Part shown: piece by piece, positions 1 to 12,400 of the stretch
How the letters are laid out: every line of letters starts with the position of its first letter
Position numbering within the stretch: the stretch's first letter is position 1
NCBI RefSeq assembly: GCF_964204645.1
Contig: NC_134029.1
Span: 6,758,001-6,822,000, forward strand
From: Tubulanus polymorphus
Taxonomy: Eukaryota > Animalia > Nemertea
Direction: 5' to 3'
DNA: 64,000 nucleotides
Notes under the pieces: generated by a model
The model's database searches: none
What the model saw: only the letters and a program-made list of their open reading frames with translations
What the model was told of the DNA's origin: nothing
Translations under genes and position numbers: made by a program

Positions 1-297
1 CATTGCGTGATTATGTTTCTTTTTAAGGCAAATCGGTAATTCTAATTTCGGTTGAGGCAAGAATCAATTTCATTTCAACGTCAAGTCTTATGTGTCGGTT
101 TTACATATTGTATTTCTACAAACCCAATGCGAAGAGGAAAGTAATATGCATGTAAGCTTATGTGAGAAAGAATATAAAAAGGAAAGGATAGCAAATCTTT
201 TTCGAATGATCAATGATCTTCCCTCCCTTATAGTTACTTCCGAATATCGATGTATTAAATCAGGTATCTACAAGATAAACACACGCCATTTGCTTAC

Positions 298-3237
298 CAG
301 TTCAGGCTGGATGGAAAGAAAATCGTTCACCTAAAACCGAAACCGAAATTTACAATAATGTACTTCGATTCAAATGAAATGCCGACCAACTATTCGTCTA
401 TATCATTCTTTACTTTGATTTTCGATTTCAAAATCAAACCCCTTGCTTCGTTGGCGGTAGGTGTGGTGGGTTTGTTAGGGCCACACCAAATGCATTAGTA
501 TCCCTAATTCATCCCTACTTGAGGATTTAAAAAAAGATACGTTGGGTAGGTGATGCAGTTTGCATTGTGGTCGGACGTGCTTACACAGAACGAGCTGCCC
601 TGTCTAATAGAAAAACACGCATTTCATTGTCGTAACAACAATAGTCAACCTGAAATGTTGATATTCCATAGTGTACGAGATAATTGAGCTAAACCGATGG
701 AATACGCTAAATAAACGACGATTGTCTATGGGAAAAAATTTGAAAATGAATGCAGGCGTACGTTGAAAATGATTGTATATTGTAAGGATTACGGTAAAAA
801 ATTTACGCATTGCAGAATTATTGACTCGGAAATCACTCAGGCGTATACACTTTTATTATCAATTGGTAACGGATGGAATTAAATTGTACTAATCAATGAA
901 AAGCAATTTATTACAACGCTATACTAGAGATGGAAAAATTTTTCATTCAAACTGTTGCTGATTTATTTTGCAAAGAAACAATTCAACCAGGTTTATTCCC
1001 CGGCTTCCGCGTACATATAACCATAAGGGATGGGGGCTGGAACTCGTAAAATTGATGGCGATGTTGGAGACTGGCGTGCAGCTATTGGCGATCTAATTAG
1101 AAAGCTTGTTGTTCCACGATATTAAACAATTCCCGAGGGTGATAGCTTATACTTAAATTGTCACAACATCAACTCGCAACGAGCTAATGAAATCAATTCG
1201 ACGAGAAGGATGATTGGCTAACCCGCTATGGTTAATGCCACCTGTTCGCTAGAATTTCTCTATTTACACCGCGCGTGCGCCTTTTTACCGGGACCCGCGT
1301 CAAAATCGCCGCACCATATGCCCACGTGTAAATCTACCGTGTAACTCGAAACTATAATGATTTAAAAGAAAGTGAACATATTGCAATTTCATGGTGTCGA
1401 TTTGGTCGGATTTTCCGCGAACACAGTTTCTGACACCGCCTGCAGTCGGGGAACGAAACGCATTCAGGTAGAACGGAGTGAGAACGACAGGAATCGCGCA
1501 CCATAACGTCGCCATATGTTCACAAGGTAATACCCAGTCACGCCAAGTCACCGCCTGAGCACACGTGACTTGAAAATCAAATCTATCATATTCTCCCGAA
1601 CTCCTCGGACTAACCGAAAATTCGAAGTCTTCATGCGATTATACATCAATATCAATATCGCTATACGCAAGGCTGGCAATAGTTCACATTTCAAAGCGTA
1701 GGGAATGTAAACGATTTCGAAATTTCGAAATAGCTCAATAAAGATTTGCCGCATACAAGAGGCCAACCATTGAAGTACGGCCTCGATACATACATATAAT
1801 TAGTTTGTTTTAATGGTTTTCCGCGTAGTGGATATATCGCTATTATGATTATGCCGATGATTGTGGTCACTGTAGCGTTGACGAATAAGCGACGTCGATA
1901 TTTGGCCAAACACATTGATAGTCGCAATGGGATTCCGCGTGCAACGAAAATCGTTTGAATATTTTATAAACAATCCTTTCATTGTAAACGCAAATGTGAT
2001 ATGACTAGTGGTGTTTCTATAGAGTTGCGCGAGCATCCGTATACGAGTTGACAGCACTTCAATTTCCGTTAACGATAAAACTTATTTATTTCTATCACAT
2101 AGATAAAACCAAACGCGCTTTTCAAATATGTTGAAACGAAAGCGGGGTTTTCACGCCGTAAATTCATGAAGTCGCAGCCAAATCTATACATATATTTCAC
2201 ATATGATAGCATTCACATTTTTGTGTTTTTCGATTCCCCGACTGGATCACTTTCATCGACAAATCCCTGTGATTGAAAAACTGACATTTTTGAAAATATC
2301 AGAATAGTGAAAAAGAAACGTTTGAATGTTTTTTTTTAATTCCAAAAATCATTGTATTTTTCATTATGCCGCACTTTAATTTATATATATTCAAATTACG
2401 TGTTAATGTAATAATTCAGTCGAGAAAAGCTGGTTATTTGCAACATAGATAACTCATTTTATTCTAAACCCTCATCGGAAAGTTCAACAAATATCATACG
2501 TAGATGTCGTAAGTCCGGCTAAAAGAGGCTCTCCTGGTTAAATTTGACAACAAAAACTTCTATACCGATTGGATTCGCATTTTCGACTTGTGGGCTAAAC
2601 TTTCAGGTCTAATTCATTTATTTTATAGACATTTACCACAGACAGTTTTCCTTCGACCAGGAGTTGATTCATATTAGATTTACGTCAAGTATAGTCGCCA
2701 TTATCGCTCCGTATAACAAGTAGCAACCTCATTTATATATGCATTATGCGTTACGTAATTGAAAAACTAGGACCAATATCTTCCGACCGCTTTTTACAAG
2801 ACTTTTACACTTACCAATTTTTAGAATTAAACGAAAGGACGTCACCATCGTCGAGACGGTATCCAAATACAATCCCGTTCGAAAGCTAGATTTCTACTAA
2901 AATGGCCAGGAGAACCGTGCGCTAATTTATTGCGAATAATGTTCAAAAATTTAGTAAGCTCTTAACCGTGTTCGGCGTATGTCGTGTGTTGCCGTCGGGA
3001 CCCTAAATTATTTACCCAACGAACAACATCCAACGGATACGTGAATAAATAACAGGCCCATGAAAATTAAATGGCAATCGATGAAACCTGATATCAAGAG
3101 CGTAGCAAAATAATCCATTTTTTATACAAATATATATATATACACATCGATATGGAATATTTTGAAATTCTTACCTGGTGCGGGTGATACAGCCCGTAGG
3201 AGGACATGTTCATATTTCGGCTCATACCGTGCATCAT
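298..3237 (-). CDS. Probable 5' exons of an unidentified gene continuing off the left edge (exons 3175-3237 and 298-330; MMHGMSRNMNMSSYGLYHPHQ|VNDFLSIQPEL)
   Basis: ATG at 3237 with an upstream in-frame TAA, strong CAG|GTAAG donor at 3175; 33-nt phase-0 exon flanked by ttttag and CTG|GTAAG. No recognisable domain. Confidence 0.4.
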
Positions 3238-4855
3238 TGTGACTGTTCGCGAAAGCACGTGCGCGCTTGATTTCCTCTCGAAGCAGACGAGAAGAGATGA
3301 GATGAGATGGTCTTTTTAACGCCGCGGCAACCGTGGAAAGGGGATAATTATTAACGCGGCACACAGTGGCTGCTTAAAAATTGAAGAAAGTATTTAGAAA
3401 CCGGTCTTAAAACTCGCCACGGTGGATAATAGTATAATAGGTCGTGGTATTATTACAATCGAAAATCGTGTTGCTATTGGATGGCGAGAAGACTGACACG
3501 AGGGATAACTGGTTTTCTAATTAGTAATTCGCTTCAGCTGATTCCACCAATAACAATCGTTCGCCGAACTGGTAAGAGGCGGCGAACAGAATTCCAGTGA
3601 TTGCCAGCCAATAATTTCGCTCTCTGAGGGGAGATTATCGAAACATAAACAAAATGTATAGTTGGCGGGTTTTTTAAGTTCTGTTCTGGATGTTATCAAG
3701 GTTCTGCATTGTTTTTTCCATCAAAGCTGCGTGGATGTGATCAAATTCATTACGCCGTAATAAAACATTGTAAAACTCATATCGAAGAAAACTTCTGTTC
3801 ATTCCAAAAATCCTTCCGTAATCCTCTGTATCCTCTGAAATATTTGCGTATCGATTTATAACGTTCGTGGCCATCCAAAGTGGAATACGCGTTCGATGCT
3901 CTGTTTAGAAAAAAAGCAACTGCATTTTACTATACAACTTCCACCAGAAGACACAAAACGCGTCACCAGAAAATCAGATGACAATCACATTCATGTGTCC
4001 CACTATGATTCTGGATTATTCGGGCCGTTCCTTGTGGGGTGCAGAGTGGTTCTGTTTAGGAAATTTTGAAATATTTTTAAGTGCCATTTTCGCAAATACT
4101 ATTTTACATAAGCAATAGAACTGCCCATTATCGGGATTCTCTGCACACCCCCCCCCCAAAAAAAAAGAAAAATTCAAATGATAGGCCCTGGATTGGATAG
4201 AAGTGCCTTATCATTTTGTTTCACTATGCGTTCGTTAAGTTTATACGTAACGTCTTAAATACGTACAAACACACAAATACACATTATATATTTCATCTAA
4301 TTAATGAGGTCTCTAGAATACTGTGGTTGGCCGTGTGAATACCGCGCATATTCAATGACGCTTCGCGGGATAGCGGATTATGAAAAAGAAAACAGCGACG
4401 CGTACGAATTCCATGAGGCTTTTCAAATATTCATTCGTCGGCTTTTATTGCTCAAATAAAGAGTTATTAAGCGATTGTTTTGCTTTCAGGCTCGTGCCGC
4501 GCGTCTCTTGACCATCATTAATACTTATCTCAAACCCGTAACAATCAACACGTTTCTTGACATTGTTCGCAAATGACGGAGTTGATGAATATATTAATGG
4601 CGTCGATTCGCCGCTCGACACCCTGTCACTATTGTCCGAAGACTTTCCATTTCGATCTTCCGTTGTTGTTGTTGTCCGCTTTTCAGACTGAACAGAATTT
4701 TATTCCCACAAAATCAAAAGGGAAAAGGGCAGACGGCAATCGAATTTCAGCTGAAGACTCTCCGTTTTATCTCAAGCATATAGTACAAACCGTGAACGCG
4801 ACTTTTTCGAATATCTGTCCAATTTCGCCATTAATATACGCCCATCTGCTGGTAA

Positions 4856-5078
4856 GGCTAAAAAATTAACAACCTGTAATTAATAACCTGGTTCTCATTT
4901 CTGCTCAACTTTAAGTCTACCCGGCGGCCGCCTATCCATACTATACATTACTTCATCAAAAACCATGATCAAGCTAACAATAACAGACCTGACAGCTATA
5001 GAAACTGATTTTAAAATGTATTGCATTTTACACAATGACCCGGCCGATCAGGAGAAACAAGGTATTATTTTTTTAACC
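4856..5078. mobile_element. Non-autonomous TIR element (GG..CC termini, TWA-like flanks; Zator/Harbinger-like), paralogue of 52095-52310
   Basis: GGCTAAAAAA ... TTTTTTAACC termini; internal sequence (CGGCCGCCTATC, ATGACCCGGCCG, GAAACAAGGTAT) shared with 52095-52310. Confidence 0.65.
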
Positions 5079-8000
5079 TTACGTTATTTTTTTCAATCAT
5101 TCCATTCCTTCGGAAATGAATAGTAAATCGTAAAACCATTCGTTCGAGACACCAATTCAATACCCATGCAGATAAATGAATGAATGAATGCATGTAACAG
5201 GTGCACGAAGTATCAAAATATCTATTTCCGCTATCATTGTCGTCCAGTGATCACGTGACGTGTTAGCGATGTATTCACTGCGCAGCTTCTTTTTTGAGCG
5301 CGCGACTATTACTAAAATTGAATGTCTACAACGTCGATAAATAATTGATAGTGAAAACATCAACTTATTGCCACATATTATGATCGCCATATATTATTTA
5401 TTAATCTCTTTCGCAAAGAAAGAAAATCAGCCAATATTGTTATGCAGCATGAGTAACTTCTTTTGCAATGAACGTGTCCGTGTATAAACAATGCCGAAGA
5501 CAGTGGCATCGCATGATAAAAGCTAGTTTCTCGGAGTATTTCGTTAAATATTTATTTGGGAAAATATTTCGAAGCGTTTCCCAACCTGTTGCAAATATAT
5601 ACAATCAGATGTGCACGACGTTTGCTAACGACATCGGAAAAAGGCCGGTGCATGCGGAAAGAGGGTTCCGGTGCGGGCGCGTGCCCGGCACGAGTCCACG
5701 CGTGACCAACACGAATACCGGTAGGCCTACAATATGAGCCTAAAGAAAGAATGCACTATCGGATCTTCCGTCTTGCAGCTGGCTCGTCTCCTAGTGTACT
5801 AGATAGAAAAGTAGTCTAAAAAGAACCAATTTCTCCTGTGTAAAAATCAAATCACAACCAAACGCTTTCGAAGTGACCCATCCCTCGGTGGCTTTTGAGG
5901 AATGAACTGCCGGTTGCGTCAGGTGACCTCACGCTGGGAGTTTTTAGGGCTAATAACCACGGCTGCTCGGTTAGGGGGAGGGGTAATCGATCTGAGCTGA
6001 TCTCCGGTCGACATATTTCCATTATTTCGCGAGATTTTCCACAATCAATGTCGCAGATGAAATCTGGCGAAAGCAATTTATCTGCGGTGTTTTCGTCGAT
6101 GACAATCTGACGGTGAACGGGTATGAGCGATATATCTCAGGGATGTTGTTCAGATTATTCTTCGCCGTTTCAATTTATTACCGTCAGATCGTCCCGCACA
6201 GCAGCAGGGCATTAACTCACTTCATTTTTGGGAAACTATCAATTCTAGATTGATATTGATGGAAGACTGAATCGCCCGTTTGGGCATTGAAAGCCAGATG
6301 AATTGATGAATCTTCTCCATACAGTAATTTGCTATCAGAAATTAGGCCTGACATTAGCAAGTGATTTTCACTACACCGTGATGAGATAAGTCCCGCGAGG
6401 CCCAATCGCGCTATCAACCCTACCACGCGTCGCGCGCACCATCGGACCAGACGAATAATATACCTGTTATTGAGTAGCAAATTGCATTAGCGTCCTATTA
6501 ATTTAGTTAGATGCGTTTTTCTGCAGGCAATTACTATGGTAATAAATGAATCCCAATATCTATTGTCAATTACATAAAAGGTCAAAATTGTCCGCTGTTC
6601 ACTTCGACTGAAAAATCATAAAACACAAAATTTCATAAATATTGGAGAGTGGTTTATTATGGTATTTCAGAACGGGACAATGGAAATCCACTTGAAGGAA
6701 TGGCAGTTTTATATCCTAAGCGGAACCGTTGTTTTGCAATAGCCCGCATCATAATTACGTACCCCCAACGACTTTCAATTCATAAAAATGCCCCAGTTTC
6801 AGCCACCGTGCGTCGCTCGTAAAACTACTAAATTCGGTCTCCCGACTAGGTCGATATGTTTTATATCCTATTTTAGTCTAAAAATCAGATAAATGAATTG
6901 ATACGATTCTCGAACACGTATTTGCACACAATATTTCGAGACTAATTGTTCTATTAACGAAATTATAGTTTTTCGATTTCAAATTTAGTATCGCACCTGC
7001 GAAAACAGAACCGTCGAAACAATGGCGTTTTAATTTCGACAGAGTCGTAATGTGTTGCATATTCATCAACTTGACAAAATGCCATAGAAACGCAGGTATA
7101 GTGGGTTGAATAAGGGTTCTTCAATGAATGAGATTAAAAATTAAAATTCTTTTTCATTGTAAGTGTTCAGCGGAACCCGGTTATAATTGGTTGTGTATGG
7201 AGAAGTTGTCATTTTCAAATGTCTCGTCCGTCCGTAACGCCTCTCGACCCACGCGTATTAAAATATATCAAGGGCCACTTGAATCGGAGGATATCACGTC
7301 GAATATACCGATTTTCAAATCCTTTAAACCCCACACTTAAGCGTAACACATGCGCAAAACTCCGATAGGAACAACTTCAAAGTTTAGCGAATACGAGGGT
7401 GTTTATTACCATGAATTTAAAAAAAATCCCGGAAGCTTTTCGGATAAAAGTTGCCATCACTTGGTTTATCGGTTTGAATATTCTGTCCCTTTACGACTGG
7501 AACGAATCACGGCCTGATTTGGCACGGGTCAAAATACTCTTTTTATTCTTGGAGTTTTATGTATAACTTAGTGAAATATTCTGTGAGGTTTACATCGACT
7601 TATACACCATCACTCTGACCAGGAATTGATGTAAATATATACAAAACGTCTTGAAAAAAAATTAAACCATACATATTTCTTCAAATGTCAGAGATTAACT
7701 TCGGTGTCAGCGTGGTGTCACATCCCCAGACGACAATTAACAGCGATAATTCGGTCGATCATTTCTGAAGATTTATCACCAGTTAATCGTCGCAAAGAAA
7801 ACGTTTATCGCATTAAATCCATCCGAAAAACACTCGACTTCCTCATAATTGACTAAAAACCAAGACAAATATATGTACTGGGCGCTGCGCGGGACTCTCC
7901 GGGGAATCGTTTGGTCGTTCTAAGCCGGTGCTAAAGATCAAATCACGATAGAACGGATCGCACTGGAGACCGGTCTCATCGGACCTGAAACCGAGTAACG

Positions 8001-9065
8001 AGTTTAACTTGGATTAAAAATTAACACGCCAGGCGATTACGACGAGTTTCGTAATTCGATTTGGGCCAATTATTCGGAGAGCGTCGTGCCAGATCTGTCG
8101 TATTTTAATCTTATCATCGCCATCAGTTTTGATGAATTAGAATCAATGATTGCGTTATGCATCGAGTTAACGCAGACGGACCGGAGATGGACCATTATAC
8201 CAACAGACGATACCCTATCATTAACACTCATTATGTAAATTATACGACGATTTAAAAGGTTATTGTAAAGATTAGGTCCGATCACATATCTATATGTGAA
8301 CATAGCCAACGCAGGTTTGGTGAGATAAAATCAGAGAGGATCGGGAAATCTGGCGAACAATGAAGCCCAATATGGATATATTTTATCCAATCTGTAGTAG
8401 ACACGTCAACCGCTCTGTCGAGTCTGTATTGGTGGTGCTGTTTCCTCGGGATCACTGCTGTACTAACAGACTCAAGAATAACACGCAGTTAACATCCTTC
8501 TCATCGTTTCTTATTCCGCGTCTGGCTTGTCTTAGTGTATTTGTTCCAACTCTGTAACGATCTGATCCAAGCAAACCAGACTTGATATCTCGTAATCGTA
8601 GTTTTTACCAAAATGAGAGTAGTTTCCATTTGAAAAAAATAGTTCAGTAACCCTCGCCTTACCCGCACATGGTCAACTCGGACAAAAATGAAATAATTTT
8701 CTTAACTTTCGCGCGTATTCTCCTATCCTTCAAACTCGGCCTGAACTTAAATCGGACCTATTTTGCTGGTTCCAGTTTTCCGAGGTAGGCAAGGTTTACC
8801 GTAATCTAATTGAATGATTGAGAAGTTATTCTGAGTTTCAGATATTTTTTGGGAGTAGAAACTCGAATTGACCATTCCTATTTCAAGGACCGCTATGAAC
8901 TGTTTCTACTGATGGTTCAATTTGATTAGATGATGTTCCTTAGCAGTTTCTGAGCAATTCAAGTTGATAAATCCTTTTAAAGCAGTCAATACTAGAACCG
9001 AAGACCTTCATACCGGAAAATTCCATAAGAAACCAACAAAAAATTCTCCAATAAAAGGAAGAATG

Positions 9066-9315
9066 TTTATTTCAACAAAATGATCCTAACACAATACGTA
9101 CGTACACCCAGAATAAATATGTCAATAGAAACACGGCAATGTGTGGTTGAATACATTTTTAGTAAATCAGTTCTAATTACGTGTACATAAAATACAAATA
9201 TCTGAGTGTTTGTCTATATTTACTTGTATCCATCAAACTTTTAATTAGTTAGTTAGTATCATTCAAAAACAATGACTGCGCTTCTTCTACGTCAAACAAC
9301 GCCTCCTAAGAACAC
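9066..9315 (-). other. COX5A: Probable non-coding terminal 3'UTR exon of COX5A with AATAAA
   Basis: GTAAGC donor 9 nt after the stop (9396), pyrimidine-rich tctctctaattctag acceptor (9316), AATAAA at 9066-9071 on the minus strand. Confidence 0.6.
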
Positions 9316-9405
9316 CTAGAATTAGAGAGAATATGGTATTTAGTCAATTGAATATTTATTAATTCCCCGTTTTGTAACTAGATGGCAGTAGCTTACAGAC
9401 CTATG

Positions 9406-12400
9406 TTAGTGCATGTCTAATACATCGGGCATGGCTAACTCTGGTTTGTCGTAACCTAATTGTTCGGGTGTGGAAATTCCGAGCTCTTCGAGGGTCGGAG
9501 TAATCTCCTGTAGAATGTATGGCCAGATGACTTTCTTTCGGTTTCCGCATTTGAACTGAAATGAGAAAGCGGTGACAAATTATCCAATCCATAAGACAAT
9601 ACGTACATCACATCTCAAATCAGATCTTATTCAGAGGTGGTTATGCAAAATGGCTCATAGAATTCATTTGATACGTCAGATAATCTATGTGGGTTTTTCA
9701 CTGACTACTTCACTTATTCAGGGTCCGTACAGATCAGTCATTCCTAGATATAGGGAGTTTTCCGAAAAGTTTCAAATTTTGAATAAGTGTCCGTAAACTC
9801 CGAATCGGCATCGGTCACCCGTAAACGATTTATCTCCGAAAATCGTTAATTTGGTGGTTTTGTATGCAGACTCTTAAGCCGCGATCACACAAGCATTTTC
9901 GGCCCGTGCCAAATTTGGCCCGGAACAACTGTTCACACGGGTGCCAAATGGGTCCGGGCCAAATTTTGCCCGACCAAAAACGTCGGACCTTATTATAGCA
10001 ACAGGCAAATGATTGCGTTTGAATTACAACTGGCACCGAAAATGATCCACTTCGCTTTGTTTGAGCATTGTTGAGTATCGAGTGAATGGTTTGCGTGTGA
10101 ACGCACTATCTAATTAGGCACGGGCCAAATCTTCTCCATGTGATCGCGACATTATCTTATACTGTACACTACTAAACTTGGTTTTTCATTGGTAAACCTG
10201 CTTCGGAGAAAAAATCCTGGTCACAACTGTACAAATTTTAATAGGCGTAGTCTAATGTACAACTACAAGCTAGACAAAAATTTCTAATGGCCTATTTCTC
10301 ATAATTGGAGGAATTTTGGGTATTTTGCTCAAATTAAAGGAGTTTCGGCACCTTTAAAAGCATATTCGGGTTAAGAAGGAGTTTTTAAGGAATTTAGGAG
10401 TCGTAGGGCACTTGTTAAACGGTCATCCGAGTTCATCTGATCCAAATTGAGCGAAGCCTGCTTCAATAGCGAAATTCCATAATCTAAGTTTGAACTCAGA
10501 AATCAAATTCATCAATGCGCCAATATTTTGCGAGTTGTTCAATGCCACTCATCAAATAGAATAGTGGCATACCCAAAAGTACAGTAGGCTTCATGCTCAA
10601 CGTCACTATATACAAGATAAAGAGCTGAAAATATAGTGAATTATCTGATAAGAATACATCAGAAATTATTTGATAATGTGTAGCTGGAAATAAAGTATAT
10701 TTGCACGATTAAAGTATATATAAATAGACGATATCAGTTTTGGCACGATTCAATATAGAAGAGATCACAAGATGGTATGTAGAACACGACATAGTGAAGG
10801 GTTTAAAAATCAGCAAACATTGTCAAAACCAACGACTTTAAACCAAAGCTTCTATTATCAATGTCAGGCTTTTTGATCTTGTTGCTAGTTTCAATTCAAG
10901 AACCTGCAGGACCCAGTTCCGCAGTTCCAGTTAAGATTTGACTTATGAGTTATAATGTGAACTGATTTTAACTCTGATTTATCTCTTAACTCACAACTGC
11001 GGAACCAAACCTTGGATCCTGCCTTAGAAGTTGGCTCGTTCCACAAAAACATGCGTAACCCAGGATATAATTACTATCGAAGAAAATTCATTAAAAGAAA
11101 TAAGCTCTATAGAATTTGAATCCAAATACAACATACCCATAACCAATTTCTGATAGGTCCCACAGTACCTACCCCCAACATATGTCAAGTATAAAAGAAA
11201 AACTTCGATAGATACCTGAACAGCTTCCAGATATCTGACAGCCAGTGAATGATCATTTATTCTACGACAAGCTTTTAATGCTGCAACAATAATTCGTGGC
11301 TCAGGAACCAAATCAAATCCCTACGAAAAAAGATAACAAAATGCAAATATTTTCATTTCAATTTTCAGCAACGCCACAAACAACCTAGTTTATGCTCGGA
11401 ATACTTCCAAAATCGAGCTCCGGCATACAGTTCATGTACCTGCAGTTCATTCATTCCTCTTCTGACGTCCCAGCCATCGATATTTGGATTACTAAAAAAC
11501 TGTTCATACCGGGCGTCGAATTCTTCGTCGGTTTCTACGCTATGTTTGGACATGTGGCGCACGCTGGTTACTGTAAAGAAAAAACAAATAAATCATATGA
11601 ATAATGAATGCGCATAACGTATAGGCTGATACCGGCTGATGCCTTAATATTTTCATCCTTTGAGTCGGATGCAAAACGTTCACACAACTAGGCCTACTAG
11701 AAAGACAGTTCCAAATGGGTCAGTACCGTACCTGGAACGTACCAAATTTGGAACGGACCAAATTAGTGTGCATTTACACACGCAAGATGTTGCTAGGAGT
11801 ATTCTTCCCCGGAAGTTATATCTATTGAATGATTTATGAGTGCCTGGGTGTTATTCATTTTAAAAATTTTGATGATGGCAGTGCATCATTACATCTGGAC
11901 ACATATCTCCTACAATAATGGTAAATTCAAGGACATTTTCAGAACAAATTAAAATGGCTACTCAGCGAGTAACACACGCGATAGACGGATGAATAATAAT
12001 CTGTTAGCCTTTATTTTTAGGCAATACAGAATTATATGAAATCTGAAAACTATATTAATCAGCTTGATGACGGAGGAGGAGCACTGCGCTACAAGTGACT
12101 AGAGCTAGAGGATGTTATCACTAAGGCCAAAAAAAAAATATATTCTGTTTCTGGCCCTTCTGCACAAAATGATGCAGTTTTTTTTCTACATTTGACTATC
12201 GAGTGTGATGGATTAGTCGACAGGAACAAGTCCGGACGGATGTATAGTAGCCGGCACTTTCAAAATTGACATCGATATCAACATGCTTTTGGTTTTCATT
12301 CATAATCAGACAATAGCAATGAATAGATAGATGGACTAAACTTTCGCGTTTTACGCCATAGGCGACTAGTTGGCGCTAGCGCATGGTGCGCGAATTTCGG

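Noticed and set aside
3122-3364. Alternative frame containing LLRAVSP, reminiscent of the LMX1A N-terminus
   Set aside because: No ATG in that frame and only a short match; treated as coincidence.
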